Shown here: piece after piece, positions 33,812-43,321 of the stretch | Layout of the letters: each line of letters starts with the position of its first letter | Numbering within the stretch: position 1 is the first letter of the stretch | Source of the DNA: Solimonas sp. | Lineage (GTDB): Bacteria > Pseudomonadota > Gammaproteobacteria > Nevskiales > Nevskiaceae | Length of the DNA stretch: 64,000 nt | Direction: 5' to 3' | Assembly (NCBI GenBank): GCA_036275615.1 | Contig: DASUDL010000047.1 | Coordinates: 2,610-66,609, forward strand | Made by a program: the position numbers and the translations under genes | Notes under the pieces: model-generated | Seen by the model: the letters and a program-made list of their open reading frames with translations, nothing else | Told to the model about the DNA's origin: nothing | The model's database searches: none

Positions 33812-33827
33812 GGGCACAAGTTGTGCA
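33812..33827 (+). promoter_or_regulatory. sigma54-like promoter candidate (also a near-palindrome) upstream of Anbu
   Basis: GGGCACAAGTTGTGCA = GG-N10-GC; GCACAA-G-TTGTGC dyad. Confidence 0.5.
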
Positions 33828-33888
33828 TGGACGGTGACGCCCCCGGCCCGGCCTCCTACACTACGCGCCCCGCACCGCTGACAGCTCC

Positions 33889-34656
33889 ATGACCTACTGC
33901 GTCGCCATCAAGGTCAACGACGGCCTGGTTTTCGCCGCCGACACGCGTACCAGTGCCGGCGTCGACGACGTCCGCACCTACAACAAGCTGCACGTGTTCG
34001 ACGTGCCGGGCGAGCGCGTGTTCGTGGTGCTGTCCTCCGGCAACCTCGCGACCACGCAGTCGGTGCTGTCCAATCTGCGTCGCGACTTCGACAACCCCGC
34101 CACGGCGCTCAGCCTGCGCACCGTGCGGCATATGTACGACGCCGCCGAGTACGTCGGCCAACTCTCGGTGCGCGCCCAGCGCGAGGCCTCGCAGAACGCC
34201 CAGTTCGGCAGCGTCGACTTCCGCACCACGCTGATCCTCGGCGGCCAGATCATGGGCGAGGAGCCGGCCCTGTACCTGATCTACCCCGAGGGCAACTGCA
34301 TCTCCTCGTCGCCGGAAACGCCCTACCTGCAGGTGGGCGAGAGCAAGTACGGCAAGCCCATCCTCGACCGCGTGATCCGGCCAGAGGTGTCGCTGGAGGA
34401 TGCAGCCCGCTGTGCCCTGGTGTCGCTGGACTCGACGATGAAGTCGAACCTCTCGGTCGGGCCGCCGCTGGACCTGGCCTTCCTGCCCTGCGATGCGCTG
34501 GCGATCGCCCAGAAGCTGCGCCTGGACCTGGATACGCCGTACTACGCCCGGCTCAAGGATGCCTGGGGCCGGCAGCTGGCCCTCGCCTTCCGCAATCTGC
34601 CGCGCTTCGACTGGGAAGCGCCGCCCGACCAGCCCAGCCTGCTCGACGGCAAGTAG
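33889..34656 (+). CDS. Anbu proteasome-type Ntn protease
   Basis: M-T(1)YCV, DTRTSAGVD, GNLATTQ, GGQI, YPEGN, QVGESKYGKPILDR, DSTMKSNLSVG.P. Confidence 0.93.
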   Translation: MTYCVAIKVNDGLVFAADTRTSAGVDDVRTYNKLHVFDVPGERVFVVLSSGNLATTQSVLSNLRRDFDNPATALSLRTVRHMYDAAEYVGQLSVRAQREASQNAQFGSVDFRTTLILGGQIMGEEPALYLIYPEGNCISSSPETPYLQVGESKYGKPILDRVIRPEVSLEDAARCALVSLDSTMKSNLSVGPPLDLAFLPCDALAIAQKLRLDLDTPYYARLKDAWGRQLALAFRNLPRFDWEAPPDQPSLLDGK

Positions 34657-34686
34657 GCCGTCGCCGGACGCGGCGCGCGCCGAGGT

Positions 34687-35613
34687 TCAGGTGCGGAAGT
34701 AGGCGTTGCTGATCGCCTCGTGCAGCTGGCCCAGGCCGATCTGGATCTCGTCGAGATGCTCGTGCAGTCCCTGGTTCGCCAGGCGCTCGAGGTCGGCGTC
34801 CTGCACCAGGGCCCGGGTGCGCTCCACGGCCCGCTCGCAGGCGCGGCTGGGCGGCAGCCGGGGCAGGGTCGTGCCGATCAGGTTCAGGCAGAACACCACC
34901 GAGCGCGGGAACTCCCGGTTCTGCAGCAGGAAGCGCAGCACGGCCGGGCCGCTGACGCGGGCCCGTTCGCTGCGGCGGTACATCTGGTAGGCCATCAGCG
35001 AGCGCAGCACGCTCATCCACTGGATGTTCTGGAAGGGCTTGAGATCTTCCGACAAGGGGCGGATCAGGCTGGCGCTGCGCACATCAATGATGCGCGTGGT
35101 CATGTCGGCCTGCTCCAAATTGGTGCCCAACCGCAGGAAGCGGAAGCCCACGTCGTGACTCATGTTGGACACCAGGATGCCGTACATGAGCAGTGCGCCA
35201 TCGCTGATGCGGGTCAGCAGTTCATGGCGCTTGGCGCGCGGCAGGCACTTCTCCCCACGCTCCTGCAGGAAGAAATGCAGGTCATTGAGACGCTCCCAGG
35301 CGTCGCGCGGGGTGGAGTCGCGCACGGTGCGCAGGATCTCGCGGGCATGGCGCAGCGAGGCGGCGACCGACCCCGGGTTCTGCTCGTCGAGGAGCAGGTA
35401 ACGCACCACATTGGACTCCGAGAAGTCGCTGTAGCGCTCCCGGAAGTCCTCCTCGGCGCCGAGGATCTGCACCAGCGGCGCCCAGCCCAGCTCGATCTTG
35501 CGCGGCAGGTCCAGCACCAGGTTGGCCTGCACGCCGACCAGGCGGGCGGTGTTCTCGGCGCGCTGCAGGTAGCGGCCGAACCAGTAGAGGTTGTCGGCGA
35601 CGCGCGAGAGCAT
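34687..35613 (-). CDS. alpha-E domain protein (DUF403)
   Basis: MLSRVADNLYWFGRYLQRAENTAR, LG..LE.AD.T.R, FPRS; TGATG overlap with ATP-grasp gene. Confidence 0.92.
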   Translation of the reverse strand: MLSRVADNLYWFGRYLQRAENTARLVGVQANLVLDLPRKIELGWAPLVQILGAEEDFRERYSDFSESNVVRYLLLDEQNPGSVAASLRHAREILRTVRDSTPRDAWERLNDLHFFLQERGEKCLPRAKRHELLTRISDGALLMYGILVSNMSHDVGFRFLRLGTNLEQADMTTRIIDVRSASLIRPLSEDLKPFQNIQWMSVLRSLMAYQMYRRSERARVSGPAVLRFLLQNREFPRSVVFCLNLIGTTLPRLPPSRACERAVERTRALVQDADLERLANQGLHEHLDEIQIGLGQLHEAISNAYFRT

Positions 35614-37067
35614 CAGGCGCCCCCCTCGAGGTCGACGATCCAGGTGTCCTTGGAGCCACCGCCCTGCGAGCTGTTCACGACCAGCGAGCCCTTGACCATG
35701 GCGACGCGGGTCAGGCCGCCGGTGGTGACGTAGGTCGATTCGCCGCGCGAGAGGATGAAGGGGCGCAAGTCGAGGTGGCGGGGCTCGATGCCGTCGTCGG
35801 TGAGCGTCGGCGCGGTCGACAGGGACAGGGTCGGCTGCGCCATGTAGTTGCGGGGATTGGCCTCGATCAGGCCGCGGAACTTCTCCCGCTCCTTCTTGCT
35901 GGCGCGCGGGCCGATCAGCATGCCGTAGCCACCGGACTCGTTGGCCGGCTTGACCACCAGCTGGTCGAGGTGGGCCAGCACGTGCTCGCGGTCCTTCCTG
36001 CGCATGCACAGGTAGCTGGGCACGTTGGGCAGGATCGGGTCCTCACCGAGGTAGTAGCGGATCATCTCGGGCACGAAGGCGTAGACCACCTTGTCGTCGG
36101 CCACGCCAGCGCCGGGGGCGTTGACCAGCGCTACGGTGCCCTTGAGCCAGGCGCGCATCAGGCCCTTCACACCCAGTACCGACTCGGGATGGAAGGCCTC
36201 CGGATCGAGGAACAGGTCGTCGATGCGGCGGTAGATCACGTCCACGCGCTTGGGGCCGTAGATCGTGCGCATGTACACGCCGTCGTCGTCGCCGACGAAC
36301 AGGTCCGTGCCCTCGACCAGCTCGATGCCCATCTGCTGGGCCAGCCAGGAATGCTCGAAGTAGGCCGAGTTGTAGATGCCGGGGGTGAGCAGGACGATGC
36401 CGGGGCTGTCGCCCGGACGCGGCGACATGGCCGCCAGGGTGTCGTAGAGCTGGGCCGGGTAGTCGTCAACCGGCAGGATCGAACCGGTCTCGAACAGCTC
36501 CGGGAACACGCGCTTGGTGACCAGACGGTTCTCGACCATGTAGCTCACGCCCGAGGGAACCCGCAGGTTGTCCTCGAGCACGTAGAGGGTGCCGTCGCCG
36601 TCGCGCACCAAGTCGCTGCCGCAGATGTGGGCCCAGATGCCGTGGCGCGGCTTCATGCCGACACACTGCGGGCGGAAGTTGACGGATTCCTCGAGCAGTT
36701 CGGCCGGGAACACACCGGCCTTGACGATGCGCTGCGCGCCGTAGATGTCCTGGATGAAGTGGTTGAGGGCTTGCGCGCGCTGCTTCAGGCCGGCCTCGGT
36801 GCGCAGCCACTCGGTCTTGGCGATGGTGCGAGGGATGATGTCGAAGGGCCAGGCGCGGTCGACGTTGCGGCCCTCCGAGTAGACCGTGAAGGTCACGCCC
36901 ATCACCTTGATCGCCAGTTCGGCGGCCAGGCGCCGCTCGGCCATCTCGGCGGCGGACAGGCCAGCGAGGTAGTCGGTGAGCTGGCGCGCGGCGGGACGCG
37001 ACTGGCCAGACGCGGCGAGCAGTTCGTCGTAGGTGTCGCAGCGATACTGGCGCCAGTCGATGGGCAT
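35613..37067 (-). CDS. circularly permuted type 2 ATP-grasp protein
   Basis: GVTFTVY, PFDIIPR, VLEDNLRVPSGVSY, YRRIDD, VADDK, SGGYGM, VVNSSQGGGSKDTW. Confidence 0.94.
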   Translation of the reverse strand: MPIDWRQYRCDTYDELLAASGQSRPAARQLTDYLAGLSAAEMAERRLAAELAIKVMGVTFTVYSEGRNVDRAWPFDIIPRTIAKTEWLRTEAGLKQRAQALNHFIQDIYGAQRIVKAGVFPAELLEESVNFRPQCVGMKPRHGIWAHICGSDLVRDGDGTLYVLEDNLRVPSGVSYMVENRLVTKRVFPELFETGSILPVDDYPAQLYDTLAAMSPRPGDSPGIVLLTPGIYNSAYFEHSWLAQQMGIELVEGTDLFVGDDDGVYMRTIYGPKRVDVIYRRIDDLFLDPEAFHPESVLGVKGLMRAWLKGTVALVNAPGAGVADDKVVYAFVPEMIRYYLGEDPILPNVPSYLCMRRKDREHVLAHLDQLVVKPANESGGYGMLIGPRASKKEREKFRGLIEANPRNYMAQPTLSLSTAPTLTDDGIEPRHLDLRPFILSRGESTYVTTGGLTRVAMVKGSLVVNSSQGGGSKDTWIVDLEGGA

Positions 37068-37118
37068 GCAGGTGAGGTCGGTTCGGAGGCGGTCCGTGGG
37101 CTCGTCTGGAGCAGCCAA

Positions 37119-37133
37119 GCAAAACGTTTGCCA
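37119..37133 (-). promoter_or_regulatory. sigma54 (-24/-12) promoter candidate for ATP-grasp/alpha-E operon
   Basis: minus strand TGGCAAACGTTTTGC = GG-N10-GC, about 50 nt before the ATG at 37067. Confidence 0.72.
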
Positions 37134-37192
37134 ACCCGCGTCTTGCCTGCCGCCAGACTCCCCCGGCGTGTAGAATTCGTCAAACCGACGAC

Positions 37193-37894
37193 ATGCCTAT
37201 GACGCCGAAAAAAGCGCTGGAATTCAAGGGGCGGATGGTCTCGCTGACGCGGGCCCGGATCCTGGACCCCGACCTCAATGCCATCAGCGCCCAACTCCAG
37301 GACTTCGCCCGCCAGATGCCCCAGGCGGTCCAGGGCCTGCCCGTGGTGCTGGAGGCGGACGGCCCGCAGGATCTGGGCGGCATCATTGCCGCCATGCGCG
37401 ACGTCGGCATGCAGCCGGTGGCGGTTGCCGACGGCCCGCTCTCGGCTTCCGCCCGCAGCTGGGGCCTGCCGGTCCTGCCGCCGGAGTCGGCGACCAAGTC
37501 TCGCGCCGCACCCGGCGCTGCCACGGCCGAGCCGGCGGCGGCCCCCGCGTCGGCGGGGCGGCGTCCGACGCGCGTGGTCGGCGAGCCGGTGCGCTCGGGC
37601 CAGCAGATCTACGCGCCAGACGGTGAACTGGTGATCACCAGCGCCGTCAGTCCGGGCGCCGAGGTGGCCGCCGACGGCTGCGTGCACATCTACGGGGCCT
37701 TGCGTGGACGCGCGATCGCCGGTGCCCGCGGGGAAACCACGGCGCGCATCTTCTGCCGCCGCTTCGAGGCGGAGCTGGTCGCGGTCGCCGGTGTCTACGC
37801 CGTCGCCGAACAGATGCAGGGCGAGTTGCGCGGCAAGCCGGCGCAGGTTTTCCTCGTCGATGGCAAACTCAAAATCGAGAAACTCGACTGGTGA
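37193..37894 (+). CDS. minC: septum site-determining protein MinC
   Basis: VRSGQQIYA, GAEV.ADG.VHIYGALRGRAIAG, AELVAVAG. Confidence 0.95.
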   Translation: MPMTPKKALEFKGRMVSLTRARILDPDLNAISAQLQDFARQMPQAVQGLPVVLEADGPQDLGGIIAAMRDVGMQPVAVADGPLSASARSWGLPVLPPESATKSRAAPGAATAEPAAAPASAGRRPTRVVGEPVRSGQQIYAPDGELVITSAVSPGAEVAADGCVHIYGALRGRAIAGARGETTARIFCRRFEAELVAVAGVYAVAEQMQGELRGKPAQVFLVDGKLKIEKLDW

Positions 37895-37938
37895 CCGGCC
37901 CGCCGGCACCGCAACCGCTTCAAGGAACAGGGTGAACA

Positions 37939-38748
37939 GTGGCTAAGATCGTTGTCGTGACTTCCGGCAAGGGCGGCGTGGGCAAGACCACGACCAGCGC
38001 GTCCTTCGCCACCGGCCTCGCCATGCGCGGGCACAAGACCGTGGTGATCGACTTCGACGTCGGCCTGCGCAACCTCGACCTGATCATGGGCTGCGAGCGC
38101 CGCGTGGTGTTCGACTTCGTCAACGTGATCCAGGGTGAGGCCAGCCTGCGCCAGGCCCTGATCAAGGACAAGCAGCTCGAGAACCTGTCGATCCTGGCCG
38201 CCAGCCAGACCCGCGACAAGGATGCGCTGACCGAGGAGGGCGTCGGCCGCGTCCTCGACGATCTGGCCAAGGATTTCGACTACATCATCTGCGACTCGCC
38301 CGCCGGCATCGAGCGCGGTGCGCACCTGGCCATGTACTTCGCCGACGAGGCGCTGGTCGTGACCAACCCCGAGGTCTCCTCGGTGCGCGACTCCGATCGC
38401 GTCCTGGGCCTGCTCTCGAGCAAGACCCGCAAGGCCGAGAGCGGCAATGGTCGCGTGCGCGAGCACCTGGTGCTGACCCGCTACAACCCGACGCGGGTGG
38501 AGAAGGGCGAGATGCTCTCGGTGGACGACGTCAAGGAGATCCTCGCGATCCCGCTGCTGGGCGTGATCCCCGAGTCGCCGACCGTGCTGACGGCCTCCAA
38601 TTCCGGCTCGCCGGTCATCGCCAACAAGGACAGCGACGCGGGCAAGGCCTACGACGACGTCATCGCCCGCTTCCTGGGCGAGAACCGCGAGCACCGCTTC
38701 CTCACCGCCGAGAAGAAGGGGCTCCTCGGCCGCCTGTTCGGGACCTGA
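37939..38748 (+). CDS. minD: septum site-determining ATPase MinD
   Basis: SGKGGVGKTT, GLRNLDL, DSPAGIE, C-terminal amphipathic KGLLGRLFG. Confidence 0.98.
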   Translation: MAKIVVVTSGKGGVGKTTTSASFATGLAMRGHKTVVIDFDVGLRNLDLIMGCERRVVFDFVNVIQGEASLRQALIKDKQLENLSILAASQTRDKDALTEEGVGRVLDDLAKDFDYIICDSPAGIERGAHLAMYFADEALVVTNPEVSSVRDSDRVLGLLSSKTRKAESGNGRVREHLVLTRYNPTRVEKGEMLSVDDVKEILAIPLLGVIPESPTVLTASNSGSPVIANKDSDAGKAYDDVIARFLGENREHRFLTAEKKGLLGRLFGT

Positions 38749-38750
38749 TC

Positions 38751-39008
38751 ATGGATTGGCTCAAGTTTTTCCGCTCCGAACCCAAGACCACGGCGTCGCT
38801 GGCCAAGGAGCGTCTCAAGGTCGTGGTTGCGCACCAGCGCGAAGGCCGCGCCAACGGGCCCATGTACCTGCCGCGGCTGCGCGAAGAAATCCTCGCTGTG
38901 GTGCGCAAGTACGTGCCGGTGCCGGACAACGCGGTGAAGATCGACGTGCAGCGCGAGGCCGGCCTGGAAGTGCTGGAGATGAACATCACCCTGCCGGACG
39001 CGAACTAA
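38751..39008 (+). CDS. minE: cell division topological specificity factor
   Basis: TASLAKERLKVVVAHQR, LEMNITLP. Confidence 0.96.
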   Translation: MDWLKFFRSEPKTTASLAKERLKVVVAHQREGRANGPMYLPRLREEILAVVRKYVPVPDNAVKIDVQREAGLEVLEMNITLPDAN

Positions 39009-39177
39009 GCGACTGTTTCTGAATCGGAAAGCCCCGGCGGTCGGCCTGTGCCGGCCCCGCCGGAAACCCGGGCCTGATCGCGCCGGCGCCGGACTCCCCC
39101 CTTCGGACGAATGCCGAACCGGGGGTTTTTCCTTAAGATGCGCGCCCCGCACCCCGCGCCGCAGGAACGTTGTCGAC

Positions 39178-39954
39178 ATGGTTGCCCTCGCCACCGAGAA
39201 AGTGCTGAGCGTCCGTCACTGGAACGACACGCTGTTCAGCTTTACCACCACGCGCGATCCGGCCCTGCGCTTCCGCAACGGCCATTTCGTGATGATCGGC
39301 CTGCAGGTGAACGGCAAGCCGCTGATGCGCGCCTACAGCATCGCCAGCCCGAACTACGAGGAGACCCTCGAGTTCTTCAGCATCAAGGTCGAGAACGGCC
39401 CGCTGACCTCGCGCCTGCAGCACCTGAAGGTTGGCGACGACCTGATCGTCAGCCGCAAGCCGACCGGGACCCTGGTGCTGGACGATCTGAAGCCCGGGAA
39501 GAACCTGTACCTGCTCGGCACCGGCACGGGCCTGGCGCCGTTCATGAGCCTGGCGCGCGATCCGGACGTGTACGAGCGCTTCGAGAAGGTCGTACTGGTC
39601 CATGGCGCCCGGCAGGTCAACGACCTGGCCTACCACGACTACATCACCCAGGAACTGCCGCAGCACGAGTTCCTGGGCGACCTGGTGCGCAACCAGCTGA
39701 TCTACTACCCGACGGTCACCCGCGAGGCCTTCCGCTACACCGGCCGCCTCACCGACCTGTTCGAGAGCGGCAAGCTGTGCAGCGACATTGGCCTGCCCCA
39801 GCTCAACCCGGAAACCGACCGCGTGATGATGTGTGGCAGCCCGAGCATGCTCAAGGACACCTGCGAGATCCTCGACAAGCGCGGCTTCCAGATCTCCCCG
39901 CACATCGGTACGCCGGGCGATTACGTGATCGAGCGTGCCTTCGTGGAGAAGTAA
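39178..39954 (+). CDS. fpr: ferredoxin--NADP reductase
   Basis: RAYSIAS, GPLTSRL, GTGTGLAPF, MCGSPSM, ERAFVEK. Confidence 0.97.
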   Translation: MVALATEKVLSVRHWNDTLFSFTTTRDPALRFRNGHFVMIGLQVNGKPLMRAYSIASPNYEETLEFFSIKVENGPLTSRLQHLKVGDDLIVSRKPTGTLVLDDLKPGKNLYLLGTGTGLAPFMSLARDPDVYERFEKVVLVHGARQVNDLAYHDYITQELPQHEFLGDLVRNQLIYYPTVTREAFRYTGRLTDLFESGKLCSDIGLPQLNPETDRVMMCGSPSMLKDTCEILDKRGFQISPHIGTPGDYVIERAFVEK

Positions 39955-39964
39955 GGGCACAGCG

Positions 39965-40004
39965 CCAACGAAAAAGCCCCGGGAGACCGGGGCTTTTTCG
40001 TTGG
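39965..40004. terminator. bidirectional intrinsic terminator between fpr and fadD
   Basis: 18-bp perfect stem CCAACGAAAAAGCCCCGG-GAGA-CCGGGGCTTTTTCGTTGG. Confidence 0.9.
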
Positions 40005-40015
40005 TGGCGCCTTGC

Positions 40016-41695
40016 CTACTTGCCGCGTAGTTCCTTGCGCAGGATCTTGCCGACGTTGCTCTTCGGCAGCTCGGCGATGAAGGCGATGTGCCTCGGCACC
40101 TTGTAGCCAGTGAGATTGTCGCGGCAGTGCTGCATCAGGGTCTCGACGCTCAGGGCTGGATCCTTCTTGACCACGAAGACCTTCACCGCTTCGCCCGACT
40201 TGTCGTCGGGGACGCCAACGCAGGCGCACTCGAGCACACCGGCGTGCTGCGCGACCACGGCCTCGATCTCGTTCGGGTACACGTTGAAGCCCGAGACCAG
40301 GATCATGTCCTTCTTGCGGTCGACGATCTTCAGGTAGCCGCGCGCGTCCATCACCGCGACGTCGCCGGTCTTGAGCCAGCCGTCGGGCGTGAACACCTTG
40401 GCGTTCTCTTCCGGCTTCTGCCAGTAGCCCTGCATGACCTGCGGACCCTTCACGCACAGCTCGCCCGGCTCGCCCGGCGCGACCTCGCGGTTGTCGTCGT
40501 CGCGCAGCGACACTTCGGTGGACGGCATCGGCACACCGATGCTGCCGTTCCAGTCCGGCTTGTCCAGCGGCGTGAAGCTGACCGCCGGCGAGCACTCGGT
40601 CAGGCCATAGCCCTCGGTCAGCGCCTTGCCGGTGACCTTCTGCCAGCGCTCGGCCACGGCCTGCTGCACGGCGGCACCGCCCCCAACCACCATGCCCAGG
40701 TGGGAGAAGTCGATCGTCTCGAAGCCCGGCGTGTTGAGCAGGCCGTTGAACAGGGTGTTGACGCCCGAGAACGCGGTGACGCGATGGCGCTTCATCTCGG
40801 CGATGAAGGCCGGCATGTCGCGCGGGTTGGTGATCAGCACGTTCTTGGCGCCAACCTTCAGGAACAGCAGGCAGTTCAGGACCAGCGCGAAGATGTGGTA
40901 CAGGGGCAGCGCGGTGATGATCAGCTCGTCCTGGCCCTTCATGAACGGCCGCATCCAGGCGTTCATCTGCTCGAGGTTGGCGACGATGTTGCCGTGGGTG
41001 AGCGTTGCCCCTTTCGACAGGCCGGTGGTGCCGCCGGTGTACTGCAGGAAGGCGATGTCCTGCGGTGTCAGCGGCACGCGCATGTAGGGCTGGGCCTTGC
41101 CGCGCGCCAGGGCTGCGCGCAGCGGCACGCTGCCGGGGATGTCCCACTTGGGCACCAGCTTCTTGACCCGCTTGACCACCGTGTTGACCAGCAGGCTCTT
41201 CGGGAACGGTGCCAGGTCGGCAATCTGCGTGGTGATCACGCACTCGACCGGGGTCTTCTTCAGCACCTGCTGCAAGGTGTGGCAGAAGTTCTCGAGGATG
41301 ACGATGGCGCGGGCGCCGGAGTCCTTCAGCTGATGCTCCAGCTCGCGCGGCGTGTACAGCGGGTTCACGTTCACCACGGTCATGCCAGCGCGCAGCACGC
41401 CGAACAGGGCCACGGGGTACTGCAGGAGATTGGGCATCATCAGGGCGACGCGGTCGCCCTTGTGCAGCCCCAGCACGTTCTGCAGGTAGGAAGCGAAATC
41501 CTGGGTGCTGCGGTCGAGCTCGTCGTAGCTCAGGGGCACGCCCATGCATTCGTAGGCGGTGCGGTCGCGATGGTCGCGGCAGCTCTGCTCGAGCAACTCG
41601 ACGACCGAGGCGTAGGCCTTGGGGTCGATGGTGTGCGGGACGCCCGGGGGATATTCACCGAACCAGACCTTGGACCCTGCCGCCGCAACGCTCAT
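40016..41695 (-). CDS. fadD: long-chain-fatty-acid--CoA ligase
   Basis: [48 protein letters not shown]. Confidence 0.95.
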   Translation of the reverse strand: MSVAAAGSKVWFGEYPPGVPHTIDPKAYASVVELLEQSCRDHRDRTAYECMGVPLSYDELDRSTQDFASYLQNVLGLHKGDRVALMMPNLLQYPVALFGVLRAGMTVVNVNPLYTPRELEHQLKDSGARAIVILENFCHTLQQVLKKTPVECVITTQIADLAPFPKSLLVNTVVKRVKKLVPKWDIPGSVPLRAALARGKAQPYMRVPLTPQDIAFLQYTGGTTGLSKGATLTHGNIVANLEQMNAWMRPFMKGQDELIITALPLYHIFALVLNCLLFLKVGAKNVLITNPRDMPAFIAEMKRHRVTAFSGVNTLFNGLLNTPGFETIDFSHLGMVVGGGAAVQQAVAERWQKVTGKALTEGYGLTECSPAVSFTPLDKPDWNGSIGVPMPSTEVSLRDDDNREVAPGEPGELCVKGPQVMQGYWQKPEENAKVFTPDGWLKTGDVAVMDARGYLKIVDRKKDMILVSGFNVYPNEIEAVVAQHAGVLECACVGVPDDKSGEAVKVFVVKKDPALSVETLMQHCRDNLTGYKVPRHIAFIAELPKSNVGKILRKELRGK

Positions 41696-41794
41696 GCCGA
41701 CCCCTTCGTTGTTGGTTTGCCGCCCGGTGCCGGGCGTGCTCCTCTCGTAGCTGCCGATTATAGGCAGGGTGGCGGCGCGCAGCGTCGCCCGTCT

Positions 41795-43105
41795 TCAGCG
41801 GACCTGGCTGTTGAGCCAGGCGCGCAGGCTGGTCTGGCCGTGGGCCTGCTCGAAGCTGGACTCGGCCTCGTCGAGCAGGGCTTTTACCGGTGCCGCCAGC
41901 GGCGAGTCGCTGCGCGAGCCGAGGCCGCCGGCCGCCCGGGCCAGCCGCCACAGGCGGGCCATGCTCAGGGACTCCAGGTCCACCGCGGGGACCAGCTGGG
42001 TGCGCTGGGCGCCGGCCTCGGTCAGCAGGCCCTGGAAGATCAGGTTGTCGGCCACGCGGGCGACATGCTCGGGCTCGGCGTTGAGCGCCAGGCTCAGCTC
42101 CTCCTCGGTATAGCCGGGCTCGCCGTCGAGAAAGCGCCGGCCGGTGAGGGCCATGATCATCAGCGCCAGGTACTCGAGCTGTCGTCCCGACAGGGTGGCC
42201 GGGGTCTTGTGCTGCTTCAGGTGCTCGGGGTGCTGCACGTAGAACGCCAGCTGGCAGCCGATCAGGAGGATCAGCCAGCCCACGTAGAGCCAGATCAGCA
42301 GGAAGATGAAGATCGCGAAGCCGGAGTAGATCGCGTTGTAGTCGCTGGCGCTGGCGACGAAGGACGCAAACGCCAGGCTGCCGGTCTGCCAGAGCACGCC
42401 CGCCAGCAAGCCGCCCACGGCCGCGGCACGGGTCTTGACCCGGGTGTTGGGGACGAAGCTGTACAGGAAGCTGAAGGCCGCGACGATCAGCAGGTAGGGC
42501 AGCAGGCGGGTCCCCATGTAGATCAGCAGGCCGAACGGCTCGATCGCGGCAATGCGGGCCATCACGCTGCTGTTGAGCACGCTGGCCGTGATGCCGATCG
42601 CCGCGAACACGAGGACCGGGCCCACGGTGAGGACGGCGAAATACTCGCCCAGGCGCTGCGACAGCGGCCGGATGCGCTCGACGCGCCAGATGAAATTGAA
42701 GCTCTCCTCGACCTTCCGGATCATCGACAGGGCCGTGTAGAACAGCAGTGCCACGCCCAGGGACCCGAGCACACCCACCTGCACGTGCTCGACGAAGTCG
42801 ATGATGTTGTCGGTGAGGGTGCTGGCCTGCGGCCCCAGGGGGCGCAGCAGTTCCAGCAGGACCGGTTCCAGGGAGTTGTGCACCCCCAGCGCCTTGAGGA
42901 CCGAGAAGGCCAGCGCCAGCAGGGGGACGATCGACAGTAGGGTGGTGTAGACCAGCCCCATCGCCCGCATGTTGAGCTGGCCCTCGATCAGGTCCCGGCC
43001 CAGGACGAAGACGTAGCGCCCAAGCCGGACGGCCCGGCCCGAGCCGGCGCGGCCGGCATCCAGGTCCCAAAGGCGGTCGCGCAGCTGCTGGAAATAGCGA
43101 TTCAT
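41795..43105 (-). CDS. YihY/BrkB family membrane protein with C-terminal wHTH-like extension
   Basis: RAMGLVYTTLLSIVP, FNFIWRV, YNAIYSGFA..IFLLIWLY.GW. Confidence 0.88.
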   Translation of the reverse strand: MNRYFQQLRDRLWDLDAGRAGSGRAVRLGRYVFVLGRDLIEGQLNMRAMGLVYTTLLSIVPLLALAFSVLKALGVHNSLEPVLLELLRPLGPQASTLTDNIIDFVEHVQVGVLGSLGVALLFYTALSMIRKVEESFNFIWRVERIRPLSQRLGEYFAVLTVGPVLVFAAIGITASVLNSSVMARIAAIEPFGLLIYMGTRLLPYLLIVAAFSFLYSFVPNTRVKTRAAAVGGLLAGVLWQTGSLAFASFVASASDYNAIYSGFAIFIFLLIWLYVGWLILLIGCQLAFYVQHPEHLKQHKTPATLSGRQLEYLALMIMALTGRRFLDGEPGYTEEELSLALNAEPEHVARVADNLIFQGLLTEAGAQRTQLVPAVDLESLSMARLWRLARAAGGLGSRSDSPLAAPVKALLDEAESSFEQAHGQTSLRAWLNSQVR

Positions 43106-43214
43106 GGCCGCAGCATATCGAACTGGCTCAAGGCCTTGCGGATTCCGGACGCGATCACGGCCGGGTCCCGGGGCGATGCACCCCCGCCGTTCGTCGGCCG
43201 GGGATTTCGGCCTG

Positions 43215-43242
43215 TTGACAAGCCCGGGCCCCTTGCTATGAT
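43215..43242 (+). promoter_or_regulatory. sigma70 promoter of phasin gene
   Basis: TTGACA-N16-TATGAT with TG extended -10. Confidence 0.8.
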
Positions 43243-43272
43243 GCACCGCAGCAATTGCTGCACCGCAGCAAT
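43242..43272. promoter_or_regulatory. tandem PhaR-like operator (2 x TGCACCGCAGCAAT)
   Basis: exact 14-bp direct repeat at 43242 and 43259, bridging palindrome CAGCAATTGCTG; TGC-N3-GCA cores over the likely start site. Confidence 0.7.
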
Positions 43273-43321
43273 GTGTAGGTTAACCACCTGACTTTGTTCC
43301 CAAACCACTTGGAGTGCAGCA

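Noticed and set aside
39094-39130. Imperfect hairpin with T run between minE and fpr considered as a riboswitch or sRNA
   Set aside because: No recognisable aptamer; most simply a weak terminator of minCDE next to the fpr -10 (TAAGAT)
43242-43272. Direct repeat considered as a CRISPR or iteron remnant
   Set aside because: Only two 14-bp copies 3 nt apart, no spacers or cas/rep genes; better explained as an operator
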